A DNA stretch of 64,000 bases from a virus. The stretch is from positions 1 to 64,000 of the IMG/VR virus record IMGVR_UViG_3300040801_002379; one strand, given 5' to 3'. The translations under genes and the position numbers were made by a program. Of this stretch, positions 1 through 9,700 are shown one piece after another; the first letter of the stretch is position 1; every line of letters starts with the position of its first letter. The notes beneath the pieces are model-generated. The model ran no database searches. It saw nothing but the letters and a program-made list of their open reading frames with translations, and had not been told where the DNA came from.

Positions 1-1919
1 ACCATGGTCGCCCGCGTCCTGGTCAGAGTATCCACCCGCGTCCCAAAGCCACTGAAGCCACCACTGTTACGATTCGACACGAGAGTAGACCAGTCCGTCC
101 CGACCGCACCCCATCGAGAAAACGTGACCACACCGAAGCTCGGAGGCACCTGAAACAGCGTCAAGAACTCAGCTTCATTCCCTGCCTGCCTACTCAAGCT
201 GGCTCCAGTCAGGAGCAGCAGCCCGTCCCTTTGCCGCGTCACGTCAGCCGTAGCTCCAGGACCCCTGGACAACGGGAAGTCTCCAACCACCGACTCGATG
301 CGATTCACGACGTCCCCGAAGCCAGGCGTGGAGCCGCTGCCGTCCGCCGCCGTGTTCATGGTGCTGGGGTCGAAGACGTTCCAGAACGCCTGGAGCGTCG
401 AGATGTCGGTTGGTTTGAAGCGGGCGGCCGGTGAGGTCCATGACCCGAACTGCACCACCTCCTCGTCGGTCACCACACGGTCGAGGGTGATGACCTGCCG
501 TAGCGTGCCCTCGAAGATGCTGTTGGACGGCGAGCGACCACCTAGCTCGACACCCTGCTCAGCATCGGCCGAGGACGGAAAGTAGGTGGCCCCAGAGCCG
601 GTCTGGAGGACATTGTTGACCCAAAGGTCGACCGTGGCATCGTCCTTCAAATTGACGGCGATGGCGAAGCCTTCTCCAGCGGGGAGAGGCGCGTCGGCGT
701 CCAGAATCAGGTTGGTCACGCCGTCAGACTGAAAGACGCGAGGCGTGCCGCTCACGAGCTGCACCAGAACACCCACTTGACCGCCAGCATCGAGCGTCGA
801 GAACAGGCGCTCGGATGAAGGAAAGACGTCAGGCGCAGTGCCGGAAATCAGGACAGAGCCTCCATCTCCCGAGTGGAGGGCCTTGGCGGCGGTGGGGTCG
901 GAGCCTTCGAAGGTGCGTCCGTTGAAGGTGACGCCATCGACCGTCCACGTCGGAGAGGCCGTGGCCTGCGTGAGGTCTTCGGTGCCGGTCTTGTCCCGCC
1001 ACAATTCCACCCTGTCGTTGGGGTACGGGAAGCCGGCGCCGCCGAGGGTGTCGAGGTCGAACTGAAGAACGTCCTCGCCATCCCACCATCCGATGGAGGA
1101 CTCGGCCACTGAATCGAATACTGAAAGCGCTGGAGACTCGAACGCCGAGAACCCGCTTATGTCGTCCGTCGTCGCGGGCCGGTTGAGGTAGATGCATTCG
1201 GCAATCTCGCCAAGGAACGGATTGGTGCTCGTCCCTGAACCTCCCCCCAACGAGAACGGAGTCACTGGCGGGTCGGTGACGTAGGCATCACCAAGAGGGT
1301 AGAACTCCTCCTCGCCGTTCAGCCAGATGCTTCCACCTGTAGGTCCAACACTGATGACAGCTTCGACCCACCCATCCGCGACGGTTACCGTCCGGGAGCT
1401 TTGTCCGTTGACCTGAATACCGCCTGTCCCATCGTTGATGAAGAAGTCGAGCGTGTTATTGTTATCGAGCCAGCAAACGAACCGAACCTTGGGCGTGGCC
1501 TCACCTCCACCTGCTTGGTAGTTGGCGAAGAGAACTTGTCGGACCCCGTCGACCCTCTTCTTGAAGCGAAGGAAAATCGACCCTGAACCACGCCCAATGG
1601 CGTTGAGCGCATTGTCAGCATTCTCGAACTCGTTTCCGCCATTGGCCGAGAAGTCGACGCCGGTTGGCTGGAATAGCAGGGATGGCGAGGCCGTAGCGAG
1701 GTCGTACCCGTTGGCGCTCTTGTCGCGCCAGAGGTCGACCGCGTCGCCTGAATACGGGAAGTCGGTCGTGCCGTCCTTCTGGAACTGCAAGACGTCTCGA
1801 CCGTCCCACCATGCGATGACGTCCGCGTCAGAGACGCCGGGCCAAAGAGGTCCACCAGCGCGTCGTGCGAGCCGCTGATTGCGCGGCCGGAACCAGGGCT
1901 CTGGACGAGGCTGGCGCAT
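1..1919 (-). CDS. structural protein with three tandem LamG/concanavalin-A-like lectin-type repeats (3' end outside window)
   Basis: The ATG at 1919-1917 lies 3 nt after the upstream stop (1925-1923). The frame stays open to position 1, which is why it is absent from the complete-ORF track. There are three ~210-aa repeats, the first two opening with ..WWDG(R/E)DVLQF..FPY..V(D/E)LWRDK.. and the third more diverged (..LQAFWNVFDPS..). Composition is Gly/Thr/Asn-rich and beta-type. Confidence 0.55.
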   Translation of the reverse strand, partial: MRQPRPEPWFRPRNQRLARRAGGPLWPGVSDADVIAWWDGRDVLQFQKDGTTDFPYSGDAVDLWRDKSANGYDLATASPSLLFQPTGVDFSANGGNEFENADNALNAIGRGSGSIFLRFKKRVDGVRQVLFANYQAGGGEATPKVRFVCWLDNNNTLDFFINDGTGGIQVNGQSSRTVTVADGWVEAVISVGPTGGSIWLNGEEEFYPLGDAYVTDPPVTPFSLGGGSGTSTNPFLGEIAECIYLNRPATTDDISGFSAFESPALSVFDSVAESSIGWWDGEDVLQFDLDTLGGAGFPYPNDRVELWRDKTGTEDLTQATASPTWTVDGVTFNGRTFEGSDPTAAKALHSGDGGSVLISGTAPDVFPSSERLFSTLDAGGQVGVLVQLVSGTPRVFQSDGVTNLILDADAPLPAGEGFAIAVNLKDDATVDLWVNNVLQTGSGATYFPSSADAEQGVELGGRSPSNSIFEGTLRQVITLDRVVTDEEVVQFGSWTSPAARFKPTDISTLQAFWNVFDPSTMNTAADGSGSTPGFGDVVNRIESVVGDFPLSRGPGATADVTRQRDGLLLLTGASLSRQAGNEAEFLTLFQVPPSFGVVTFSRWGAVGTDWSTLVSNRNSGGFSGFGTRVDTLTRTRATM

Positions 1920-1922
1920 GGC

Positions 1923-2267
1923 TCACCGCCGGCTGTAGAAGACGATGGTGACGGGTGCGTTGCCGCTCGTACTTTTCACGTAGATGGGACCACGAGTCTT
2001 CTCGCCCCGTTCGTTGCCGACCACGTAGGGCCATAGCTCGGCGGGGCCTTCGAAGTAGTCCCCGACCGAACCCGTGGCGACCAGCTCGACGTAATTCTCA
2101 TCCGCGGTCGCATCGTCCTCGTCGAAGTAGAAGCGAACGGGTGAGGTGTGCCCGTTGAAGACCTGAATGTAGAACGTCGGCTCCGTCGGGAAGATGGCCT
2201 CTGCGGCGGCGTCGCCCACGGTCTCTCGCCGAATGTACGGTGCTCCTTGTGCTCTGCCGCCTGCCAT
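1923..2267 (-). CDS. hypothetical protein (head-module, 114 aa)
   Basis: Complete ORF with normal composition. Its start overlaps the stop of the upstream gene at 2267. Confidence 0.55.
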   Translation of the reverse strand: MAGGRAQGAPYIRRETVGDAAAEAIFPTEPTFYIQVFNGHTSPVRFYFDEDDATADENYVELVATGSVGDYFEGPAELWPYVVGNERGEKTRGPIYVKSTSGNAPVTIVFYSRR

Positions 2268-2686
2268 CAGTCAGCTCCCTCCAGGATTCGCTGAATCAGC
2301 GCGTCCTTGCTCAGCTTCTTCGCTTCGGCTTGCTCTGTCTCGTCCAGAAAATCGAGGAGGTCGGCCTTCGTGAAGGACTTCAGGTCCTCTTCGGTGTAGC
2401 CCTCGTCCTCGTCGAGGCTGTCCAGGACGTCGGCGAGCTGCTCGGCCTGAGAGGCCTCCTGCGGCTCGCTGACGGGCTCGGGCTCGGGGGGTACCTGAGG
2501 CTGGGGAGGAGGTGTCGGGGCCGAGGAGCCCGCGTTGAGGGCCTTCCAGTCCCGGCTCTCCAGGAGCTGCGCCGCGTGTTTCGGGGGGATGCCTTTCAGG
2601 ACGTCGCCTTCCCATTGGTCGTAGATAGCGCCCTCGATGCCGATTCGCTGGCCGGGGAGGGTTTTCTTGAGTGCTCGAAGGTCCAT
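2267..2686 (-). CDS. hypothetical protein with Pro-rich linker and acidic C-terminus (SAP/Rho-N-like helix LSKDALIQRIL)
   Basis: 139-aa ORF whose ATG is preceded by GAAAGGAAAG. It is the first gene after the MCP hairpin. Confidence 0.55.
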   Translation of the reverse strand: MDLRALKKTLPGQRIGIEGAIYDQWEGDVLKGIPPKHAAQLLESRDWKALNAGSSAPTPPPQPQVPPEPEPVSEPQEASQAEQLADVLDSLDEDEGYTEEDLKSFTKADLLDFLDETEQAEAKKLSKDALIQRILEGAD

Positions 2687-2715
2687 GGCTTTCCTTTCGT
2701 GTTCAGTAGAGGACA

Positions 2716-2749
2716 GGGGGAGGGGAGGCGACTCCGCCCCCCTCTCCCC
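2716..2749 (-). terminator. GC-rich hairpin downstream of the major capsid gene (possible attenuating terminator)
   Basis: GGGGGAGGGGAGGCG-actc-CGCCCCCCTCTCCCC, about 13 bp of stem with one bulge. It lies between the MCP stop (2776) and the next start (2686). There is no clear U-tract. Confidence 0.4.
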
Positions 2750-2775
2750 TATCCTAAGTCACTGGATTCGCTGAA

Positions 2776-4248
2776 TCAGAAGGACCCGGAGGCCCGACCG
2801 ATGTTCTTCATCAGCAGAATCTTGCCCGGCGTGTACAGTACGGGAACCCCGTACACGAGCTGCATCCACCGGATGCTCGTGTCCACCGTGGCCAGGGGAA
2901 TCTTGACCATCGGTGCGAGCTGCTTGAACGACACCGCCTCCAGGTTCATCTGGAAGAGGATGGCGTAGGTGGTGCCCGGAAGCTCCGCGTTGGCGTCCAC
3001 GAAGGTCGTGGTGCCCGAGGAGTCCCGACGAACCCGGCCGATGAGCCGCTCGGTCCCGAGCGCGCCGCTGGCCTCGGTCCGGAAGACCTCGTAGTAGCGG
3101 GGCGTCGGAGCGCCAGCACCGTCGGTGATGGTCACCGTGACGAGGTTGTTCACCGCCGTCACCGTGGCCGCCGCCGCGTTGGCCACCTTGGCGGACTTGC
3201 CGCCGAAGCCGACCGCCACGACCGAGTAGTTGTAGGTCCCCGCCTCGGCCGCGGTGAACGTGGTGTTGCCATCACGTCGCGCCTTGGTCGGAGTCCCCGT
3301 GGTGCCGGCCACCGCCGCCACCGCCGACGGGGCCGGCGGCGGGTTCGAGCCACGGGCCTGCGTCGGAGCGATGCGACCGGGCTGGATGAAGGTGTCCGGC
3401 TCGAAGGCGACGTTGCCCGCGGGGGAAACGTAGCCACCGATGTCCAGACCCACCAGACCGTCGTCCCGCTTCTGGAGCAGGTCGTACCGAGCCTTGGGGA
3501 AGAAGCTCTTCACCAGGTCGGCATGGTTCCGCGGGTTGAGGAAGAGGTGCGTCGGCGTGCCGTAGTTGGGCGCGTCGTGGACGATGAGGGACGAATCGAT
3601 GAGATTGTCCTCGGTGATGGGCGCACCGCGGAGGTCGAGGATGTTCGAGTCCGGCGAACCGGACCCGCCCGTCGAAGGACCTTCCTCGATGAGCTTCACG
3701 AAGCCGTCCCACTGCACGGGGTCGACGGCCGCGTCCCCGAGGAACAGCGACTGCTCGACCGCGCGAAGCAGGTGCATCGTGCCGTTGACCGTCTCCTGCG
3801 CGACCACGTTGCCGTGAGCGGGGCGAACGAGGCTCATCACGTGAGTGACGCGCCGCGTGGTGCCCATGTACTTCACGACGTTGAAGTTGCGCTCGTACTC
3901 AGCATCGGTCTCGGACGGCAGAGCGCCCTCCTCGATGAACGAGTCGAGGTCCTCACCGTACGACTGAATCTGGTTGTACTCCTCGACCGTGTTGTAGGCC
4001 TGGAGCTTGGGAAGGGCCTTGAACAGCCGGATGTGCTCCATCCGGAACGTGACGTTCCGAAGGGTGCGCTCCAGCGACTCGACCCGCAGCGCGAAGCCGT
4101 CGCCAGCGACGACGTTCGCGGGAGGGTTGATGTCCTGCCCCGCAGAGAGGGCCTTGAGCAGGTTGCTCAGGTCCTCTTCGTTGGCGCTCCCGAAGCCGTT
4201 GATGCCCTCGTGGTCACGCCAGGTGATGATGTTCTGTCCACCGTACAT
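2776..4248 (-). CDS. major capsid protein (HK97-fold type) with Ala/Gly/Thr-rich surface insertion
   Basis: 490 aa, in the canonical protease-scaffold-MCP order. The N-terminal segment ..ESLERTLRNVTF..LPKLQAYNTVEEYNQIQSYG.. resembles capsid families. An SD-like GAAAGGAAAC precedes the ATG. Confidence 0.75.
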   Translation of the reverse strand: MYGGQNIITWRDHEGINGFGSANEEDLSNLLKALSAGQDINPPANVVAGDGFALRVESLERTLRNVTFRMEHIRLFKALPKLQAYNTVEEYNQIQSYGEDLDSFIEEGALPSETDAEYERNFNVVKYMGTTRRVTHVMSLVRPAHGNVVAQETVNGTMHLLRAVEQSLFLGDAAVDPVQWDGFVKLIEEGPSTGGSGSPDSNILDLRGAPITEDNLIDSSLIVHDAPNYGTPTHLFLNPRNHADLVKSFFPKARYDLLQKRDDGLVGLDIGGYVSPAGNVAFEPDTFIQPGRIAPTQARGSNPPPAPSAVAAVAGTTGTPTKARRDGNTTFTAAEAGTYNYSVVAVGFGGKSAKVANAAAATVTAVNNLVTVTITDGAGAPTPRYYEVFRTEASGALGTERLIGRVRRDSSGTTTFVDANAELPGTTYAILFQMNLEAVSFKQLAPMVKIPLATVDTSIRWMQLVYGVPVLYTPGKILLMKNIGRASGSF

Positions 4249-4286
4249 TGTACCGTTTCCTTTCTTTCTCCCGGGTTACCCGAGGT

Positions 4287-5234
4287 TCACGCCGCAGCCC
4301 GACCGACGTAGGCGACCACGTCGTTGTAGAGCGGACGGCTCATCTTGTTGAACTGCTCGTACTTGGTGATGGCCTGCGAGAGGTCTTCACCGCACGGAGC
4401 GGACCCGCCCATCCCCTTGGAGATGGAGTCCTGATGCATCGCTTCGAGAACGTTCATGACCTGCGTACGGTCGAGGCGTCCTTCCTGCGAGCCACCGACG
4501 CCGCCCATGGACTTCTCCAGCGGACGGGTCTGCGTCTGCGTCGCGGCCTGACGAGCGGTCTGTGCGGCGCGCGGGCGGCCGGCGGGCTGCGAGCCCCAGG
4601 CGTCGATGCTCTTCTGGAGGTCTTCCAAAGAACGGCCGACCTGGACGATGGCCTTCGCGAGCACGAGCTGGAACTCGTCGTTCTTGGCCTGCGACTTCTC
4701 GATGGCGTCCGAGAGGACGTCGAGCGCCTCGACGGTGCCACCGTGGTGCGCCTTGAGGTAGTCACTCACCTCGATGCTCTTCTCCAGCGTCTCGTTGGAC
4801 GCGGGGTCGAGCGCGGCGAGAGCCGACTTCGAGAGACCCTCTTCCTGGCCGCCCTCTTCCTGGCCGGCGAGAAGGCTCATCAGCTCCTGCGTCTCCTCCT
4901 GCGAGAGGTCCTCGTTCATGCTCTTCTGGAGCAGCGACTGCTTCCGGTCCTCGGGGTCCTTCGACTTCACGAGGCTGGTGAGCTGGTTGAGTGCCTTGGT
5001 CAATTCGGTCATCTCGACTTCCTCCTCGCCGTCGGCAGACTTCGAGATGCCCTCCGACGGGTTGCCCTCGTTGAGAGGTGCCTTCTGGTTCTTCTTCGGG
5101 TCGGGCTCCGTCGCGGAGTGACCGCCCTTCTTGTAATAGCCCTTCTTGGCCATCATCTTCTCGTACTCCTCGTCCGACATGTCGTCGGGCTTGGAGCCTC
5201 CGTAGACTTGGCCGGCCTTGTTGACGTACTTCAT
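4287..5234 (-). CDS. scaffolding protein
   Basis: 315 aa, E/K/Q/L-rich and predicted helical or coiled, with no catalytic motif. It is sandwiched between the protease and the MCP. Confidence 0.6.
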   Translation of the reverse strand: MKYVNKAGQVYGGSKPDDMSDEEYEKMMAKKGYYKKGGHSATEPDPKKNQKAPLNEGNPSEGISKSADGEEEVEMTELTKALNQLTSLVKSKDPEDRKQSLLQKSMNEDLSQEETQELMSLLAGQEEGGQEEGLSKSALAALDPASNETLEKSIEVSDYLKAHHGGTVEALDVLSDAIEKSQAKNDEFQLVLAKAIVQVGRSLEDLQKSIDAWGSQPAGRPRAAQTARQAATQTQTRPLEKSMGGVGGSQEGRLDRTQVMNVLEAMHQDSISKGMGGSAPCGEDLSQAITKYEQFNKMSRPLYNDVVAYVGRAAA

Positions 5235-5244
5235 TCCGGTCCTT

Positions 5245-6090
5245 TCATGCCGCCTGTCGACGACTGTTGCTGATGGCCAGGTCCACGATGCCTTCGAGGG
5301 TCTCGGTGGGCACCTCGGCCGGGAGATGCTGACGGAGCATGAGGAGTGCCTCCGACTTCGTCAGCTTTTTCTTCTTCCGCCTCCGATTGGTCAGGTCCTT
5401 GACGTCGTCCTCCAGACTCTCCGGAGAGAGAATCTGGCCGGCACCTTCGCCTGAGACCGGGCCTGTCACGGCCGCATTTCCCGGAGGCGGTGCGCCCATG
5501 GAGAGCGCTTTCAGAAGCTCTTCGTCAGGTGTCGAAGTCCGCTGCATTACGGTCAGCGACTTCGCCAACATGTCGACGTACGAATCCGCGTTCACGGGGC
5601 AGTTGGTGATGGCACAATTCTGGACCGAGGCTTTCGCGACGATGCGCTTCCCGGGCCCCATGCGCTTGTGGACCGTGCCCTCGATGCTGAAGCCCAGGCC
5701 CCGGCCGCCGCCGCTCTTCGCGAGGCTCTGGCCGAGAGTCCAAATGGCATCGGCCCGAGGCGTGCCGGCGAGGAGGTAGCCCTCGGCCCATGTGCAGTTG
5801 GTGTTGGCGGTCTTCCCGTTGGGGAGCTTCTCGCCTTTCTGGAACTGCTGGACCTTCGTCGGGTAGCCGACGACGCCGTCCGTGGCCTTCGAATGGTTGT
5901 CGTTGAACCAGCCGTAGGTGATGAAGGGTTCGAAATCGAGGCCCTTCTGGATGATGATTTCCTGCTGGCGGTCCCGGGACTCGGTGGAGATGACGCCCGC
6001 AATGCGGCGCTTCTGCCCTTCCGCAGCGTCCGACTTCTCGTAGAAGACCGTGTGGCCTTCGAGCTTAAACGGGATTTCCCGCATCGTCAT
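5245..6090 (-). CDS. prohead maturation protease (HK97/S78 family-like)
   Basis: Motifs ..RIAGVISTESRDRQQEIIIQKGLDF..GWFNDNHSK..GYPT..GFSIEG... The start is placed at ATG 6090 (MTMREIPF), 6 nt after GGAGGA. The ORF-track start at 6156 has no SD. Confidence 0.8.
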   Translation of the reverse strand: MTMREIPFKLEGHTVFYEKSDAAEGQKRRIAGVISTESRDRQQEIIIQKGLDFEPFITYGWFNDNHSKATDGVVGYPTKVQQFQKGEKLPNGKTANTNCTWAEGYLLAGTPRADAIWTLGQSLAKSGGGRGLGFSIEGTVHKRMGPGKRIVAKASVQNCAITNCPVNADSYVDMLAKSLTVMQRTSTPDEELLKALSMGAPPPGNAAVTGPVSGEGAGQILSPESLEDDVKDLTNRRRKKKKLTKSEALLMLRQHLPAEVPTETLEGIVDLAISNSRRQAA

Positions 6091-6188
6091 CGTTCGTCCT
6101 CCACCCGTGAGCAGGCCTGTTGCCAGCGCCTGCTCCGAGCGGTCCCGAGGGACCAAGACGAGCCGAGCGCTCCGGGAAACTTTGGTGC

Positions 6189-6217
6189 AGTCTGGAAGGT
6201 TCCAGAAAGTCCGTCAA
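6189..6217 (-). promoter_or_regulatory. candidate (weak/late) promoter upstream of protease-scaffold-MCP
   Basis: TTGACG (6217-6212, overlapping the upstream stop codon), then a 17-nt spacer carrying the TCTGGAA-GG-TTCCAGA palindrome, then CAGACT. Downstream is a hairpin GAGCAGGC/GCCTGCTC (6109-6135) just before the protease SD. Confidence 0.3.
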
Positions 6218-6453
6218 GGGCTAGGCTTGTCGGATGCTTTCTTCAGAATGAATCGCTCCCCTGATGGGGGCTCCGGGGGCCTGATGTGCAGGTCCAAGGG
6301 CAGTGTGACGTCGGTCCCGCACCAGAAGCAGGAGGCGTGCAGGCCGCCGTCATCCGCCGTCATCCGCCCCTTCAGACGGAACCGGTAGCCGTCCGCGGAC
6401 TTCTGGAGGACATGCTGATTGCACTCCGGGTTGGAACAGCGGATGGACCTCAT
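6214..6453 (-). CDS. small zinc-ribbon protein
   Basis: 79 aa with CSNPEC...CFWC (CxxC..CxxC). The start overlaps the upstream stop. Confidence 0.45.
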   Translation of the reverse strand: MRSIRCSNPECNQHVLQKSADGYRFRLKGRMTADDGGLHASCFWCGTDVTLPLDLHIRPPEPPSGERFILKKASDKPSP

Positions 6454-6764
6454 AGCAGACAGGCTCCCGGGATGGTCTCGTATTCGACCCCGTCGAGAAG
6501 GTCGAGCACGTCGGAGTCCTTCCTCATCTTCTGGAAGATGACCATGCCCTGCTCGTTGTAGAGCGTGACTCGGTCGCCTTCAATTTCCACCGCGTCGTCT
6601 TCGAGGTCTTCTGGAAGACTGAAGAAGGCGGTACGGTCCAGACCGTAGGCCCAGATTCCAGAACCTTCCTCGTACACGAGGACTGCGACTGGACCGAGGT
6701 TCTCAACCCAGGAGATGCCGGGTCGCATGTCGACGACCTCGAATGGCGTCATTCCATCAAACAT
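6450..6764 (-). CDS. hypothetical protein
   Basis: 104 aa, acidic, normal composition. It overlaps the end of the giant ORF by 8 nt. Confidence 0.5.
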   Translation of the reverse strand: MFDGMTPFEVVDMRPGISWVENLGPVAVLVYEEGSGIWAYGLDRTAFFSLPEDLEDDAVEIEGDRVTLYNEQGMVIFQKMRKDSDVLDLLDGVEYETIPGACLL

Positions 6765-9700
6765 CGAGTGGCTCCTTCAGTAGCTCCAGCTTTTCGAGGT
6801 CGTCCTTGTAGTTGTAGGTTGAGGTCTTGGTGAGGATGACCTCTTCAAGGGGCTTCCCGTTCAATTCGGTGACGCCGGCCTCCTTGGCCTTGGATATGAT
6901 GAAGTCTCTGATGTCATCGCTGTTACACAAGAGCCCGACCAGGTCTCGGTTGTCCGTGTCCTCTACGACGAATTCGTTGCTGCCGCTAAGTTGTCCAGAG
7001 ATGTTCTTTCGGACACGAGGCTTCCAGGTCCCAGGACCATTCGGAGTCTGCATTCCGTATCCGTCCGCATCGTTGATGTGCCAGTTGGTCTGACGAGCGA
7101 TGCGAGGATGCCAGAGCGCCTTCACCGCACCATAGCTATCCGAGATGCTCTTGTTGGAGGTGTTGACCACGCGGGCGAAGAAGCCGACACCTCCTCCACA
7201 CGTCATATCGGACGTTCCAGAAGTTGTGTTGCCGATGTACTTCGAGTTGCCGGTGAAGAGCCGCTGCTCCTGTCCCGTGTAGCCGCCCTGCATCAGCATA
7301 TTGACTGCACCGTTCTTGCTCAGAGCCGTACCGATGGCCCACACTGTCTTGTCGAGACCAAGGACCGGGTCGAGGTCGTTACTGATGACCTGAGGCTTCC
7401 CGTTGGCTCCCACGACCACGCGGGCTGAATCGATGTCCGTCTTCTTTATCTTGCCCTTCAGTTTCGTATCGAGAGTCTCCTCCCAGCTCGAAGGCTTACT
7501 AAGCGTGTAGCCCATCGTTTCCCTGGCCAGCTCTTCGACCATGATACGTCCATTGGGCCCGTGGTGATTCTGGAGGAGCTGCTGCTTTATCACGACCCGT
7601 CGGTCGTTCTCGTCCGGTGTGGCCATGGCGTCATTCACGTCGATACCGAACTGCTTCACTGCGTCCGCCAGGGCCTGCTCAGCATCGGCTCCTTCTTCAA
7701 TCTCGACCATGAAGTGACGCTTCCACGTGAGGCCCGTGAACGTCGTGACAGTCGACTTACCATCGGAGAGCGTCGCTCTCTTGGAATTGAAGGAGGCCGC
7801 TAGGTCGGTGTCCTGTATGTGCGTGCCTGTATCTGCATCGAAATTGTTTTCTGGAGCCCAATCCCCCAGAATCGAATGAGGCTTTCCGGCCTGATTGAAT
7901 GCAACCTTCGTTTCGGTCCAGTTAGCGGACTTCCAAGTAGGAGGAACGTTCAGCTCCCCCACGATACGGAAGCGTGTCTTCCCGTCCGGCGTCTTCACCT
8001 TGTAGACTTCGACGCCACCCCGTCGATAGACGTGACCCTTGCCCATGGTGATGAAGTTTCCGAAGCGACCAGGCTTCAGCTCGCTCAGGTTGCTCAGGTC
8101 GTCCCGGTTCACCGGGAAGGGCTGGCCGTAGTTGGCTGGTCCAGAAAGGATGCCGAGGCTCTTGAGCTTGATGGGCTCGGGCTTCGGAGGCTCCTTCGGA
8201 ATCGTCTTGACCTCGAAGTCCTCGCTGTTCTCGTTCGCCTTCGCCTCGGGGATGGGGAACATGATGTACTTGTTCCCGACCTTGAGGTCCGAGCCGATGC
8301 CTTGGATGGCGTCCAGAGCCACGTCGATGCCGTACTTGGATTGAATCTCCTTCGCCTTCTGCTCCGCGTCAGGCGAGGACTTCAGGACCTTGTACGTGTG
8401 CGACATGCCCTGGAGCGGGCCCATGTACGGAGCGACCTTGCCGACCGTCTCCTCGGTCATCTTCTCGACGAGCTTCTTGTAGACCTTCTCCTCTTCGAAG
8501 ACGGTTCCGTGCGGATATGCGTTGCCGTCCGGTCCAGTGATGGTGTCCGCGTTCGGCGTCGACTTCTTCAGGTCGTCAGTGCTCAGGACGAACAGCAACC
8601 CGAACGGCGTTTTTTGAATCCCGCCCTCAGTGGCTGCCCCTAGCAGCTTCTGCGCAGTCTCTTCAGTCCCATCACCAATGGCGACGTAGCCGTCTTTCTG
8701 TTCACGGACGTACAGGCCATCCTCAGGCTGAAGGCCAGCTTTCTGGACGAGGTATGGCACCCTTCGCGTCGTCTCGACGTCAGGAGCCTTCCAGGCCTTC
8801 GCCCAGAGAATCTTCTTCGCTTTCTCCGGGTCCTCAGGCTTCGTCCAGTTTTTGGTCGGAGCAGCCTCAGTCGGTGCAGACTTCGGAAGAACACCTGGAA
8901 GGTCGCTGCCCTTGGGGAGGAGCTTGCAGCCGCCCTTCATCCCGATTAGCTGCGCGACGCTGAAGTCGGTGTAGATGACGCCGTCGGGCAGGACGTTCGA
9001 GCCTTCGCTCTGGTACGAACCGTCGGACAGCTTGATGAACTTCGAGCCGTCACCGAAGGCGACTTGGGTGCCAGCCGGTAGGTCTCCGAGCTTCTCCAGC
9101 TTCTTCTTGACGGAGAGGCTCTTTGCGATGGTCTTCAGCAGCTTCTTCTTGCCGCTCGGTCCAGAAGTCTGGACGTCGGGCATGGTCTCGAAGTTGTTCT
9201 TGGCCGCGACCGGGTTCGCTTCACCCGCGGGAAGCGTGACCTCGTGGAGCTTCTGCGCCTCGGTCTCGTCGATGGTCAGGAAGGCACCGTAGCTGTTCGA
9301 GTTGGGATGCGACTTGAACTTCTTCTGGATGCCGTGCTTCTCGGCCAGCTCTTCCAGGAGAGCCATGCCCGTCGCGTTGGGGACGATGCTGGCCTGCGTG
9401 ACGATGTTGTAGAGCCCCGCCTTCTTCGAGGGCTTGATGGAGATTTCTGGATGCGACTTGACGAAGTCGAGGTGGTCGAACGCTTCGAGGAGCGTGAGCT
9501 TCGTCTTGACCTTCGCCGCCTTCTCCTCGGCCGACATGTCCGAAGGCATCTTCGTGACGACGTCCTCGATGGGCTCTGCGGCCATCGAAGCCTTGACCTC
9601 GGCCGCCAGGTTGTCCGGTAGCTCGGTCGGGTTGCCTGGAAGAGCGACGACGAAGGTGTCCTCTTTGTGCCAGACTTCGGGGTCCGCGTAGTCGACGGCC

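Noticed and set aside
6757-7700. The C-terminal ~300 aa of the giant protein, considered as an ADP-ribosyltransferase toxin domain.
   Set aside because: I could not place a convincing R-S-E or H-Y-E catalytic triad (only vague TSGTSD / NEFVVE strings). The domain is left unassigned.
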